Positions 19,801 to 28,966 of a stretch of DNA of 36,638 nt are shown here, one piece after another. The DNA is from a virus (lineage: Duplodnaviria; Caudoviricetes), in IMG/VR virus record IMGVR_UViG_3300028388_001810, positions 1 through 36,638 of that record. One strand, 5' to 3'. Both the position numbers and the translations under genes were made by a program. The notes below the pieces were generated by a model. That model saw nothing but the letters and a program-made list of their open reading frames with translations. It had not been told where the DNA came from and made no database searches. The stretch's first letter is position 1. Every line of letters begins with the position of its first letter.

Positions 19801-22800
19801 AGATGCAACACCTACAGATATTTCTGCTGGTGATGTTGTTGGATTAGGAGACCTATACAAATATAACGCTGTAGGTTCTGCAGATAGCAGTCAAACCACT
19901 AGCTATGAGAAATACGACCTAGAAGGATTTTTTGTAGTTTCTTCTATCACAAATAATAATATAGTATTAGCATCCGATCAAACTATTGAAACTATTGAAA
20001 GCGTAAGAGGCTCACTAACAAAGTTTTTAGCAGTACGTGCAGAAGATGCAATTGCTGCAAATACTATTTTGCAAAAAGGTGTTGCAAATAATGATTTGAT
20101 TTGGATCGACGATAATGGATCAGAATTTTGGAATGTATTAAAGAATAATCAATCCTTTACAGAACTTCAAAGCTTATCAAATGCTTCCACCGGCACTGAT
20201 CATAATTATGGATCCAGTTTGTCCGCAGATGATAGAAATACAACTTTACTAGTTGGTGCACCAGATTATGAAAATGGCAGAGTTTTTGTTTATAGTAGAC
20301 CTGCAAATAGTGTAAATTTTGTTCAAACACAAATTATTGAGCCAGTTGGCTTTGGAGACGACAAAGAACGATTTGGATCTAGTGTTGCTGTTACTCCTGA
20401 TGGCGAGTATGCAATTATTGGATCTCCAAATGCTTCAAATATTAAAACAAAATATGCAGGAGCATTTGTTGAAACCACAGATTACGGAAAAGGATCTATA
20501 GTTTTAAAAGATCAAAGTCTATGGCAGTCGCTAGTTGATATTGAAGGACAAGAAGATAATATTATATTTGACAGTTTCGGAAGCACTACCCAGGCTATAG
20601 AAACACTAGGCATAGAAACAGATTCGACCCTACAAAGTCCTGTGCTTCTTGCAGGAAATTATGCAGTCAATAGATTAACCGGAAATTATGCTTTTCCTGA
20701 TGTTAGTGTAAGTCATGTGCTTGTAAGAGTACCACTAGATATATATGAAGGATCTGGAGAAGATGACGAAATAAAACTTGGATGGAATAAGAGAACATAT
20801 AGTAATCAAAGCCAGTCTGTACTAGCTGACAGAGAACCTTTCAACGGCGACTATCCTTTGATCACAGGTGAATATCTCGAGTCAGATAGAACTATTAAAC
20901 ATAAAGTTGATGTTGTACTTTATATTGAATCTGCTACTAACGTTCCAGAAGTCAACGACACCTTGCAAACAGAAACAGGTAGTGGCACAGTTGCATATGT
21001 ATTTAATGATGCAGCAGAAACTGTAATTTATCTAAAAAACGCAAACGGTACATTTAACGATGAAGATAGTTTGTTTAGAGACGACGGAGACTTCATTGGA
21101 AATTATGAAAAACAAGGTCCCGTAGATAATGTAGATACATCGGAGGTATGGGGCGGTTATTGGTTTATACAAACAGGATCTTATACTCCGACACTACAAA
21201 CTAATGTTGCAGACGAAGGTAAAGGTCTAGTATTTTATGATGTAATAAGTGATAGTAGTTCTACAGGTAGATTTTATTTTAATAGTTTAGATTTTGTTGC
21301 AGGAGTCACAAACAGTCAAAACACTATAGGAAGCTACATAGAAGTATTAAGCTTTACAGGGTCGCCGGGTCCCGGTGGTGTAACAGGTGATTTCTTATCT
21401 GATAAATTTGTAGTAAGAGCCCCCAAGCAAATCACAGATGCATACAGTGCAGGACAAGAAATAGATTTATATGTAAACCAAATACCTAGATATGACGTAG
21501 GCATAGTAAAAGACCTTGCAGATATTAACCTAACAACAGAAATTACAAACAAAACACACACTATATATGATATTTGGGACGGATACATAAACTTTAATCT
21601 AACAAAATTTGATGCTGGCGACAATCCATTTGAGCCTAAAGTTGGTCTAATAGTAAGAGATAGAACACGAGAAGGCGAAGCAGAAGTTGCATATGTACAA
21701 AGAAACGGACTTAATGTAACTATATTTGTAAAAAATGTTACAGGTGTGTGGTCAGTAGGCGACGACTTTGGACAAAATGCTGAAATTGAATTTGTAGGTG
21801 TGCCTTCAGATCCCGATGTAATATATCAAGTTGATCGTATTATGGGCCAAGTGCAGTTTACAGGCCTAGGATATGATCCAGCTAATATAGGCGGCTTGCT
21901 AGTACTAGAAGCTCCTAGTGAGATTGATGTTCCCAGTGTTCCCGTATTAACTGACGTAGAGTGTTGGTTTTACAACGAAAGTGATATTTTAGGTATTCCT
22001 AGACCAGCAAACGCACCGAGTCCGGTTAATAATGAATGGACACAGATATATAAGATACCTGCTGATTCTACAGGAACACCAAGTGGACTAACTAACGAAG
22101 GAATCTATTCACTTTATCAAAGATCGAGACCCGGCAATTATGCCCTTGTTGGATCCTATACAGTTCCAGAAAGGCAAGCAAATTTCTTTTTAGGCAGTCA
22201 AATAAAAATTACAAAATTTGATGATCTTTATCGAGCATTTATTCATGCTAGAGGCGAACAGACTGAATCCTCACCTGGTAGGATTTATCTACTCAAAGAC
22301 GGAGAAGAAAACGGTAATAGTTACAATTGGGAATATGCAAAAAATAAAAAATTCAAAGGTGCGTTTAACGAAAGTTTAAATTATTTTACAGGCGACATAG
22401 TATACCTGTCTGACCCAGACGGAACTTTATATACAGCGAAAACTAATATTGCTGCTGGATCATTTGATGCCAGAGATTGGACATCTACTGATGATGTAGT
22501 AGATTATGTAGGCTATATTCCTAACAACACTGGATTAAGTGTAGTAAATGACAGCACAGTATTGCCTATAGTATTAGATCAAAGCAGTATGTATGATTTC
22601 GGAGCAGACTTCGATATCAGCAAAAATGGCGATGTTTTAATTGTGTCTGCTTTGTATAATAACGATGAAGCAAATAGGGTAGTTATTTATAGATCAAACA
22701 ATGGATTCTTCGAAAGACGTCAAGAAATATTAGCCCCTACCAATACAAGTGGATTTGGACAAAGTATTTCAATAAGTGACGATGGTATGCTAGTTGCCAT

Positions 22801-25800
22801 AGGTGAACCATATGATGATGATGTACGATTAGATCAAGGTGTTGTTTACATTTACAAACAGGTAAACGGAGAGTTCACCCTACATCAAACATTGAATAGT
22901 CCAAACAATGAACGTGCAGAATTGTTTGGATGGAATTTAGAATTTGATGGTAGATCTCTAGCAATCACTGCCAGGAATGCAGATAGTTATGTATCTACTA
23001 CAATAGATGCTGATGAAACAACATTTGATCAAAGTTTTACAAGTTTTAAAACAGTGAACGATGACAGTGGTGTTGTTTACTTGTATGAAAATTATAATAA
23101 TAATATGATTTTTGGACAGATAATTCAATCAGCTGATGCAAATATAAATTATTTTGGTAGGAATCTTTTTGTAAAAAATAATCATGTATACGTAGGGCTT
23201 CCAGCATTAACTAAAAATAGTTTGCAAGGAAGAGTGTTAGATTATCGCAGACCAGAAAATACAAAAATTTGGTCAATACATAGGTCTGCAAAAGAAAGTG
23301 TAGATATTTCAAAAATTAAAAAGGTATTTTTGTATAATACTGTTCAGAAAGAATTGCTTACATATCTTGATTATATAGATCCTTTACAAGGAAAAGTGTC
23401 TGGTGAAGCAGAACAAGATATAAGATTCAAGACATACTATGATCCTGCTACATATACAAATACAGACAATGCAACCAGCCGTAGGATTGTTGTTGATGCC
23501 ACAAACGGATGGGGCAAAGAACATGTTGGAGAAGTGTGGTGGGATTTAAGCACTGCAAAGTTTTATAATCCATATCAAGACAGTGTGATTTATAGTACAC
23601 AAAACTGGAACCAAGTCTTTATCGGAAATAGTATAGATGTGTACGAATGGGTAGAAAGTGATGTAATACCAAGTGTCTGGGACGAACGTGCTGATACAAA
23701 CACTTATTTTCCAAGAGGATACAGCGGAACTAGTCTTTATGGCGACAGTGTTTATTCAACAAAATCCGTATATGATAGCGTAGCACAGATTTTTAAGAGA
23801 AAATACTATTTCTGGGTGAAAGACAAAAAAATAGTACCAAATGTCGAATTCAGGAATATAAAACTTACTGACATCAAGAGTTATATTGAAGATCCGCAAG
23901 CAGCCGGTTTAAGATTCATGGCATTTATAAGTCCTACACAGTTTGTATTGTTCAACTGTGAAGACTTAATTAAAGATCAAGACGTTGCGTTAAGTGTTCA
24001 ATATTGGACTATAGAAAATCAAACACAAAATATACATAATCAATATCAAATTATTTCAGATGGATTAGAAACTAGTCTACCTAAAGCAGATATCATACGT
24101 AAGTGGTATGATAGTTTAGTTGGTTACGATGAACAAAAACGCACAGTTCCAGACCCTGCTTTGAGTGCAAAATACAAATATGGTATTTTAAATAATCCTA
24201 GACAGGGATGGTTTGTAAATAGAATTGAAGCACTTAAACAGGTAATTGAAAGAACCAACAGAGTACTTGCACAAAATCTTATTATAGACGACAAAGATAT
24301 TAGTGAATTGTTTACGAACGAACAAGCACCTAGTGTTGCATCAAGACTATATGATACAAGTGTAGACACGCTAGCTGATCTTGAATTCATCGGCGTAGCA
24401 AGAGCAACTAGAGCAAGCCTAACTCCTGTTATTGCTAATGGAAAAATTACAAGAGTAATCATAGATAATCCGGGTAGAGGATATCGTGTAGCGCCTACAG
24501 TTACAATAAGCGGAAACGGTGAAGATGCAGAAATTGAACTAGAGATTAACAGTATAGGTCAAATCACAAGTGCTGTAGTAATAAACCAAGGCAATAATTA
24601 TGATAGTAGTACGCTTATCACTGTAAGAAGATTTACAGTATTAGTAGAAAGTGATGATACTATACAAGGCAAATGGGCACTCTACGAAAGGATACAAGAA
24701 TCTAGCACGTGGAATAGGATTAAGAGTCAGTCTTTTGACACTAGACTTTTCTGGGACTACATAGATTGGTACGATGAAGGATATAACGCCCTTACTGATA
24801 TAGATTATTTGATTGACAGTTCATACGAGTTAACAAGTCTTGACAATAATATTGGCGATGTAGTAAAAATTTCTACAATAGGAAATGGCGGCTGGTTACT
24901 ATTAGAAAAAATCGATAACCAAGATACAGCCGACTATACAATAAATTACAAGACCATTGGCCGAGAAAATGGCACAATAGAGTTCAAAGACAGCTTATAC
25001 GACTTTGCTGAATCAAGTGTAGGTTTTGATACAATAAGTTTTGATACTAAAATTTATGATAGTGAACCAGTAGATGAGCTACGTATTATCCTCAATACTA
25101 TAAAAGATGACCTTTTGGTTGATGAATTACAAATTGAATTCAATCAACTATTCTTTGCAAGTTTAAGATATGTAATGAGTGAACAGCCTTATGTAGATTG
25201 GATGTTCAAAACAAGTTTTATAAAAGCAAAACATAATGTTGGATCTTTGAGAAAAGATATTACATTCAATAATGACAACTTACCTAGTTATGAGGCTTAT
25301 GTAAAGGAAGTCAAACCTTTTGCAACAAAAATAAGAGAATATTTAAGTGCATATGAAGGTTTAGATAATACACAGACACTAGTTACTGATTTTGACTTAC
25401 CTCCGGTATACAAGGATGCATATAAAACTATACTACCTGAAGCAATAAAAGTAGTAGACAATGCTCTTATAGGTGTTGACGCAGATATCGAAACATATCC
25501 AAATAAGAATTGGCTAGATAACGCTACATATAAGGTTGTAAGTGTCGATGTAGTAGAAGCCGGCACAGGTTATACAAGTCCTCCAGAACTTATAGTAGAG
25601 GGTGGCGGCGGAACCGGTGCAGTACTTCAGGCATATTTAGGAAGAAACGGCAGGATCACTGATGTCAAGGTAATCAATCAAGGTAGCGGATACTATAGTT
25701 CTCCTACAATAACTGTTAATGGCAATTTACTAGATACAGGAACACCTGCAAAATTTTCCGTTAACATCGGAGACAGTCCTGTAAGAAATATTCACACTGT

Positions 25801-28800
25801 AGTAAAATTTGATAGAACCACAGGAACCTACTTACATACAGTTTTGTCTCAAACAGAAACTTTTATAGGCACAGGAAGCAAATTTGAATATCTTTTGAAA
25901 TGGCCAATGGATTTACTTACTTCTAATGTTACGGTGATTGTCGACGGAATTGAACTTTTAGAAAGTGAATATTCTTATACAAATATTCTAGATGTGTCAA
26001 AAGGCTACGATAGATATTTTGGGCAAATAACTTTTACTGAAGCTCCAGAAGAAGCAAAGGTAATTTCAATTAGTTATAAAAAATCTATAGACTTGCTACA
26101 AGCACAGGACAGAATTAATCAAATTTATAGTGCAAACCCTGGGCAGATAGGAAAAGACCTATCGCAGCTAATGGATGGCATAGATTACGGTGGTGTAGAA
26201 GTAAAGAGTTTTGGATTCCAAGGAGCCGGAGGATGGGACGACGGTGATTGGTACTCTGATACTTGGGATACAACCTATGATACAACATTTGAAGATGAAA
26301 TTTTTGAGTTTGACGGATCTACTATAGAAATTACATTAAGCAGGCCACTAGAGTCTGGAGTAGTTTACAATATATATTATCAAACCCCTACAGATAGTCA
26401 GCCTGTAAGGATTGATGATCCAAACTTTGATGGATCAACTGTTGTAGAAAATCCAAATGCTATAATGCGTTCTTTTGTAGGTGACGGAATCACACAGACG
26501 CTGTATCTTGATGATTTAAAACTAGAAACCTATCAAGAAGATGGTTATAATACAGGAGTATCTTTACGAACTGGTGAGGATTATAAACTTATAATAAGAA
26601 AGTCTACTAGTGATGGAACTTTTGATATTGACCCAGAGGGATACGATACTATACTTTCAGGCGGAAACTTAAATTATTCAACTGCTACAGGATTATTAGC
26701 AGAAGATATTACTGTTGATGGTGATGGATTTGTTACGCCTACAACATCTAAAGGACCTGAAGAACTTATACCCGGACAGATTCTTGACACAGTTGATATT
26801 CAAGTATATGAAAGACCAAAAGGCGGTTCTAGCCCTATAACTTCTAGGGTTTATATCGGAGATGGATCTACTAAAATTTTCGATATAGGTTCTTCTCCTA
26901 TATTCGAAGAAAGCGTATTTGTAAAAGTTGGGTTTGAAATAAAATCTACTGATGATTATACAATAGATTACACTGCGAATACAGTAATGTTTGCAACAGC
27001 ACCGAATGCAAATGAAAAAATTAGTATTGTAACTTTAGGAGTAAGCGGTACAAATATATTGGACATAGATCAATTTACAGCAGACGGTAGTACAGCAGAG
27101 TTTTTAACAAATGTTAGATGGAGTGATAAGTTATCATACTATGCAACACTAGATGGGCAGAAGTTAGCAAATGTTATATTTAGGTCAGACGAAACATATG
27201 AAGCACCTGATAATGCTGTGATAAAATTCCCTTCACCTCCAGCAGCCGGAAGTATCATACGTTTTGCATTCTTTGAAAATACAACAGTAACCGTTACAGA
27301 GCAGGACGGAACAGTATCTTTTAATGACACTATACCAAATTACAGTGAAGTTACTATTGACCACTTTGTTGCTGATGGAAGCACAGTAAGTTATGAACTG
27401 TCTCAAACACCGTTCTCTCAAGAATTGCATGCTTGGTTTACTATTGTAAAAATTAATAATAAGATTCTAAATGCAGGATATAATAAAAGATTTACAGTTT
27501 CACAGGGTACATTAGAATATAAATTAGATGAATGGCAAAAACCTGCCGGAACTGTACAAAGCAGCCAACTTAAAGTGTATCTAAATAATGTTGAGCTAGA
27601 GTACATTGAACAATGGGTATATGTAGGTAACCCGAGCACAGTAAGTCAAGACGGAAGCATTGTTAGACTAAATGCAGGATTGAATATTCAGGATGGAGAC
27701 ATTTTAGATGTGTATGTTTTAAATGACGGCGAATATGCATTTGGTACTTTTGACGAAAATCAACAATACACTCCTACACCAGGCGTATTGCAGTTAGACA
27801 GTGCCTATAACGAAGGTGATACAATTACAGTGTATCAATTTAGCAATCATGATAGTCAAGGATTTGAAAGACAGCAATTTGATGTAGTTGATAGATTTAA
27901 TATTACTAACTTTGACGATGGTAGCAGTATTCCTGTGGACGACGCAACTTATCCTGAAGATTGGTATAAAATTCAACATTTAAGAAACGGGCTTATAGAA
28001 TTAAGAGACGAAGCAGTTGATGCACAATATGTTTGGGTGTCAATAAACGGGGATCTACTTACACCGAACATACACTACTACGTAACAGAAAATAAACGCT
28101 ATGTCAAAATTATTGCAGATATCGCAGAAAATGATACCATAGATATTATACAATTTTCTAACCCAATCACAAAAAATAGATTAGGTTGGAGACAATTCAA
28201 AGATATGCTAAACCGTACTCACTACAAGCGTTTGGACGGTACAGCAAATATTGTGCTAGCTCAAGATCTAAATTGGTACGACAATGAAATTGTTTTGACT
28301 AATGCAGATAGTTTAGTTGAACCGCAGCCTGAAACAAAAACACCTAGTGTAATTTTCATAGAAGGCGAAAGAATAGAATATTTTATAAAAGATGGAAATG
28401 TCCTCAAACAATTGCGTAGAGGAACGCTGGGCACAGGTGTTAAAAATACGTATGATGCAGGTACCGAATTATACAATCAAAGTCAAGACGCAACTATGCC
28501 GTATAAAGACGAAACAATTACACTAATACTAACAGCAGATGGCACTAGTACTACATATGAATTAGATTTTGATGCGCAGGTTCTTTCAGATAGATACGAA
28601 CAAGTTACTAACAGATCGATAGAACAGTCAGAATTTATGGAAGTATTTGTAGCAGGCAGGCGTTTACGTAAAAATGCTATTAGTTCATATATACAACCAA
28701 TTGCCAATGGCGACGAAATAGAACCAACATATCAAGATTCTCCAGAAGGCGATGAAATACTTGAAGCTGAATTTACAGTCGAAGGAAACGTGCTAACCTT

Positions 28801-28945
28801 ATTGGAAGCACCTACTGAAAACCAAAAAATAATTATTGTACGTAGACAAGGAAAGCTATGGACAGATCCAGGAACTGCTCTTGCAGATTCTGATTCAGAT
28901 ATTGCAAGATTCTTGCGTGCCAAGTCTCCGGACTTACCGCGATAA
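13805..28945 (+). CDS. Giant 5046-aa virion structural protein (baseplate wedge gp7-position protein with FG-GAP propeller and CBM-like modules)
   Basis: Uninterrupted 15.1-kb ORF, TAATG-coupled to gp6. Acidic and beta-rich, with FG-GAP-like blades, CBM5/12-like motifs, GxGY repeats and DGST repeats. Confidence 0.85.
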   Translation: MAYDNDQNEPALPVGGDSKRKSANHLPRYYRTQTNRKFLSSTVDQLIQPGVVEKINGYVGRETAKAFTSTDNYIGDVSTARQNYQFEPASVIKDNLNNVTFYKDYNDYVNQLNSFNKGIQDHSVFNSEEYYAWNPNIDWDKFSNFREYYWLPNGPQSIPVPGNTVDVESNIKVTIGDNVDNNTYIFSNAGTVNNPTITLYRGQTYHFEINTPNLPFTIKTQRTLEDDFALDSSSIFVLEGVSIQNLENGKTTVKLGEDVPDIIYYVAANDINAAGTIIVKDIEEATFIDVESEILGKRYYRTSSGIDLSNGMKIYFTGDVEPSAYAEGAYYVEGVGDSIKLVSEITLNTPTSFTDDIVLEFDDEEVGFDRLPYGTAVGYPASKDYFVINRSSVDGNLWSRYNRWFHRSVIETSAAANSQPVSVDQNSRAKRPIIEFDAGLKLANFGTFAKLDVDLVDDYTADVFSIIEGSQGYNIDGVDVVAGMRILFTADTDILVKGRIFEVEFINFASGATSNRQIHLKEVSDTEPLENEVVLVRQGSDYSGRLFYYNGEEWSLAQNKTSINQPPLFDVYDENSTSYDDTTVYPANNFQGTKIFSYKEGTGNVDNELGISVSYRNIENVGDIIFDFNLLQDSMTYTSENNILTKNTNTGYVRKYSDRTTFETLNGWVLSETDSYQPVIRQYVFDNSTVGFEVDVYDNSASIDDMWIRVYLNNDLKFENVDYTLSTNIQGNTVVNFINDLTLGDIICIKTKSDALKNDNGFYEIPINLERNPLNENLVDFTLGEVNDHVSTIVESTDEFSGIYPGPSNLRDLGPIAKYGKRFVQHSAPLNLSLYHLLTKDSNVVKAIDFARKEYAKFKRLFITTANELGFDGPVKDHVDKILQEINRSKTKAMPFFFSDMVPLGATSKNSYTIDDSDFTFFGLSETFILSEQTRRAVQVYQNGLQLTYGKDYTFNTEGFCVITATKELDDLIEIYEYETTNGSFVPPTPTKLGLYPKYEPVVYTDNTYQTFYDDEGIPIDGSGPRKVIQGHDGSLTFAYNDFRDDLILELEKRIYNNIKVEYDTTLFDIHDFVGGEFRNTKIDRNHLDKPMLGDFVDWSNFVETDYTLHDFFERTNRFTFNYKNLQSPSNKTLPGFWRQIYKEAYDTDRPHTHPWELLGYTIKPTWWEEVYGPAPYTRDNLILWQDLEGGVVREPNKKLATLEKYKRPRLTSHIPVDESGNLLAPVDSGYIRNYTTQNIDDSFVFGDGAPVESAWRKSSEYPFSLIKSIVINKPSKAFATAFDRIRQVRNIAGQLVYSTTSQRLKLSDIIFPNTAEEEIQIYTAGLVNYVSNYMTADVLRSYELYKTNIASITNQLGFKIAGFTDKDKFRLVLDSRTPTNEGNVFIPDENYQIFLNTSSPIETISYSGVIIERRDDGYVIKGYDRQNTVFKYHRAVSSQNDPSINIGGVSEPFLIWDSGKQYIPGTNVEFEGSYYRVKTAHTSTDDFDTENFAKLPFLPLIGGRNAFIRKQFIETFEEELKYGTILPTIQDVVDFLLGYGDWLESKGFVFDYFESDSGNVINWRHSVNEFLFWTTQNWAVGSVIALSPTATRLKFNSINSTVDNIFDSFYGYTLLKSDGNKLVEEFSSLGREPNEFIIQPKNTEDGIFAVRLPLVQKEHVCLIDNRTVFGDVIYDLQPGYRQERIKVLGYRTDGWDGSLNIPGFIYDNLIIEEWEAWKDYTIGDVVKYKEFYYAASNKIPGEATFTSSNWNRLTEKPEPGLYANFEYKTNQFADFYDLDSDNFDTEQQRLAQHLIGYQKRQYLENIVNDSVSQYKFYQGFIQDKGTQNALTKLFDALSSDDKDSLEFYEEWAIKDGQYGASEGFEEIEYKLDESKFRLTPQPIELVNSITGNETDLIYRILPFETYVKNSDYNHSAAFPGKTILDTYIKNAGYVNQEDVQGITTTYEDITNFFYTQIDKGSYIWVGNENRTWNVYKHVDTPYTIESIESGDSQFTITVDATPTDISAGDVVGLGDLYKYNAVGSADSSQTTSYEKYDLEGFFVVSSITNNNIVLASDQTIETIESVRGSLTKFLAVRAEDAIAANTILQKGVANNDLIWIDDNGSEFWNVLKNNQSFTELQSLSNASTGTDHNYGSSLSADDRNTTLLVGAPDYENGRVFVYSRPANSVNFVQTQIIEPVGFGDDKERFGSSVAVTPDGEYAIIGSPNASNIKTKYAGAFVETTDYGKGSIVLKDQSLWQSLVDIEGQEDNIIFDSFGSTTQAIETLGIETDSTLQSPVLLAGNYAVNRLTGNYAFPDVSVSHVLVRVPLDIYEGSGEDDEIKLGWNKRTYSNQSQSVLADREPFNGDYPLITGEYLESDRTIKHKVDVVLYIESATNVPEVNDTLQTETGSGTVAYVFNDAAETVIYLKNANGTFNDEDSLFRDDGDFIGNYEKQGPVDNVDTSEVWGGYWFIQTGSYTPTLQTNVADEGKGLVFYDVISDSSSTGRFYFNSLDFVAGVTNSQNTIGSYIEVLSFTGSPGPGGVTGDFLSDKFVVRAPKQITDAYSAGQEIDLYVNQIPRYDVGIVKDLADINLTTEITNKTHTIYDIWDGYINFNLTKFDAGDNPFEPKVGLIVRDRTREGEAEVAYVQRNGLNVTIFVKNVTGVWSVGDDFGQNAEIEFVGVPSDPDVIYQVDRIMGQVQFTGLGYDPANIGGLLVLEAPSEIDVPSVPVLTDVECWFYNESDILGIPRPANAPSPVNNEWTQIYKIPADSTGTPSGLTNEGIYSLYQRSRPGNYALVGSYTVPERQANFFLGSQIKITKFDDLYRAFIHARGEQTESSPGRIYLLKDGEENGNSYNWEYAKNKKFKGAFNESLNYFTGDIVYLSDPDGTLYTAKTNIAAGSFDARDWTSTDDVVDYVGYIPNNTGLSVVNDSTVLPIVLDQSSMYDFGADFDISKNGDVLIVSALYNNDEANRVVIYRSNNGFFERRQEILAPTNTSGFGQSISISDDGMLVAIGEPYDDDVRLDQGVVYIYKQVNGEFTLHQTLNSPNNERAELFGWNLEFDGRSLAITARNADSYVSTTIDADETTFDQSFTSFKTVNDDSGVVYLYENYNNNMIFGQIIQSADANINYFGRNLFVKNNHVYVGLPALTKNSLQGRVLDYRRPENTKIWSIHRSAKESVDISKIKKVFLYNTVQKELLTYLDYIDPLQGKVSGEAEQDIRFKTYYDPATYTNTDNATSRRIVVDATNGWGKEHVGEVWWDLSTAKFYNPYQDSVIYSTQNWNQVFIGNSIDVYEWVESDVIPSVWDERADTNTYFPRGYSGTSLYGDSVYSTKSVYDSVAQIFKRKYYFWVKDKKIVPNVEFRNIKLTDIKSYIEDPQAAGLRFMAFISPTQFVLFNCEDLIKDQDVALSVQYWTIENQTQNIHNQYQIISDGLETSLPKADIIRKWYDSLVGYDEQKRTVPDPALSAKYKYGILNNPRQGWFVNRIEALKQVIERTNRVLAQNLIIDDKDISELFTNEQAPSVASRLYDTSVDTLADLEFIGVARATRASLTPVIANGKITRVIIDNPGRGYRVAPTVTISGNGEDAEIELEINSIGQITSAVVINQGNNYDSSTLITVRRFTVLVESDDTIQGKWALYERIQESSTWNRIKSQSFDTRLFWDYIDWYDEGYNALTDIDYLIDSSYELTSLDNNIGDVVKISTIGNGGWLLLEKIDNQDTADYTINYKTIGRENGTIEFKDSLYDFAESSVGFDTISFDTKIYDSEPVDELRIILNTIKDDLLVDELQIEFNQLFFASLRYVMSEQPYVDWMFKTSFIKAKHNVGSLRKDITFNNDNLPSYEAYVKEVKPFATKIREYLSAYEGLDNTQTLVTDFDLPPVYKDAYKTILPEAIKVVDNALIGVDADIETYPNKNWLDNATYKVVSVDVVEAGTGYTSPPELIVEGGGGTGAVLQAYLGRNGRITDVKVINQGSGYYSSPTITVNGNLLDTGTPAKFSVNIGDSPVRNIHTVVKFDRTTGTYLHTVLSQTETFIGTGSKFEYLLKWPMDLLTSNVTVIVDGIELLESEYSYTNILDVSKGYDRYFGQITFTEAPEEAKVISISYKKSIDLLQAQDRINQIYSANPGQIGKDLSQLMDGIDYGGVEVKSFGFQGAGGWDDGDWYSDTWDTTYDTTFEDEIFEFDGSTIEITLSRPLESGVVYNIYYQTPTDSQPVRIDDPNFDGSTVVENPNAIMRSFVGDGITQTLYLDDLKLETYQEDGYNTGVSLRTGEDYKLIIRKSTSDGTFDIDPEGYDTILSGGNLNYSTATGLLAEDITVDGDGFVTPTTSKGPEELIPGQILDTVDIQVYERPKGGSSPITSRVYIGDGSTKIFDIGSSPIFEESVFVKVGFEIKSTDDYTIDYTANTVMFATAPNANEKISIVTLGVSGTNILDIDQFTADGSTAEFLTNVRWSDKLSYYATLDGQKLANVIFRSDETYEAPDNAVIKFPSPPAAGSIIRFAFFENTTVTVTEQDGTVSFNDTIPNYSEVTIDHFVADGSTVSYELSQTPFSQELHAWFTIVKINNKILNAGYNKRFTVSQGTLEYKLDEWQKPAGTVQSSQLKVYLNNVELEYIEQWVYVGNPSTVSQDGSIVRLNAGLNIQDGDILDVYVLNDGEYAFGTFDENQQYTPTPGVLQLDSAYNEGDTITVYQFSNHDSQGFERQQFDVVDRFNITNFDDGSSIPVDDATYPEDWYKIQHLRNGLIELRDEAVDAQYVWVSINGDLLTPNIHYYVTENKRYVKIIADIAENDTIDIIQFSNPITKNRLGWRQFKDMLNRTHYKRLDGTANIVLAQDLNWYDNEIVLTNADSLVEPQPETKTPSVIFIEGERIEYFIKDGNVLKQLRRGTLGTGVKNTYDAGTELYNQSQDATMPYKDETITLILTADGTSTTYELDFDAQVLSDRYEQVTNRSIEQSEFMEVFVAGRRLRKNAISSYIQPIANGDEIEPTYQDSPEGDEILEAEFTVEGNVLTLLEAPTENQKIIIVRRQGKLWTDPGTALADSDSDIARFLRAKSPDLPR

Positions 28946-28950
28946 ATACA
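28939..28950 (+). promoter_or_regulatory. Late promoter GCGATAAATACA
   Basis: Contains the stop codon of the giant ORF. An identical 12-mer occurs at 33645-33656. Confidence 0.7.
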
Positions 28951-28966
28951 TTAGCAGGATAAAAAA

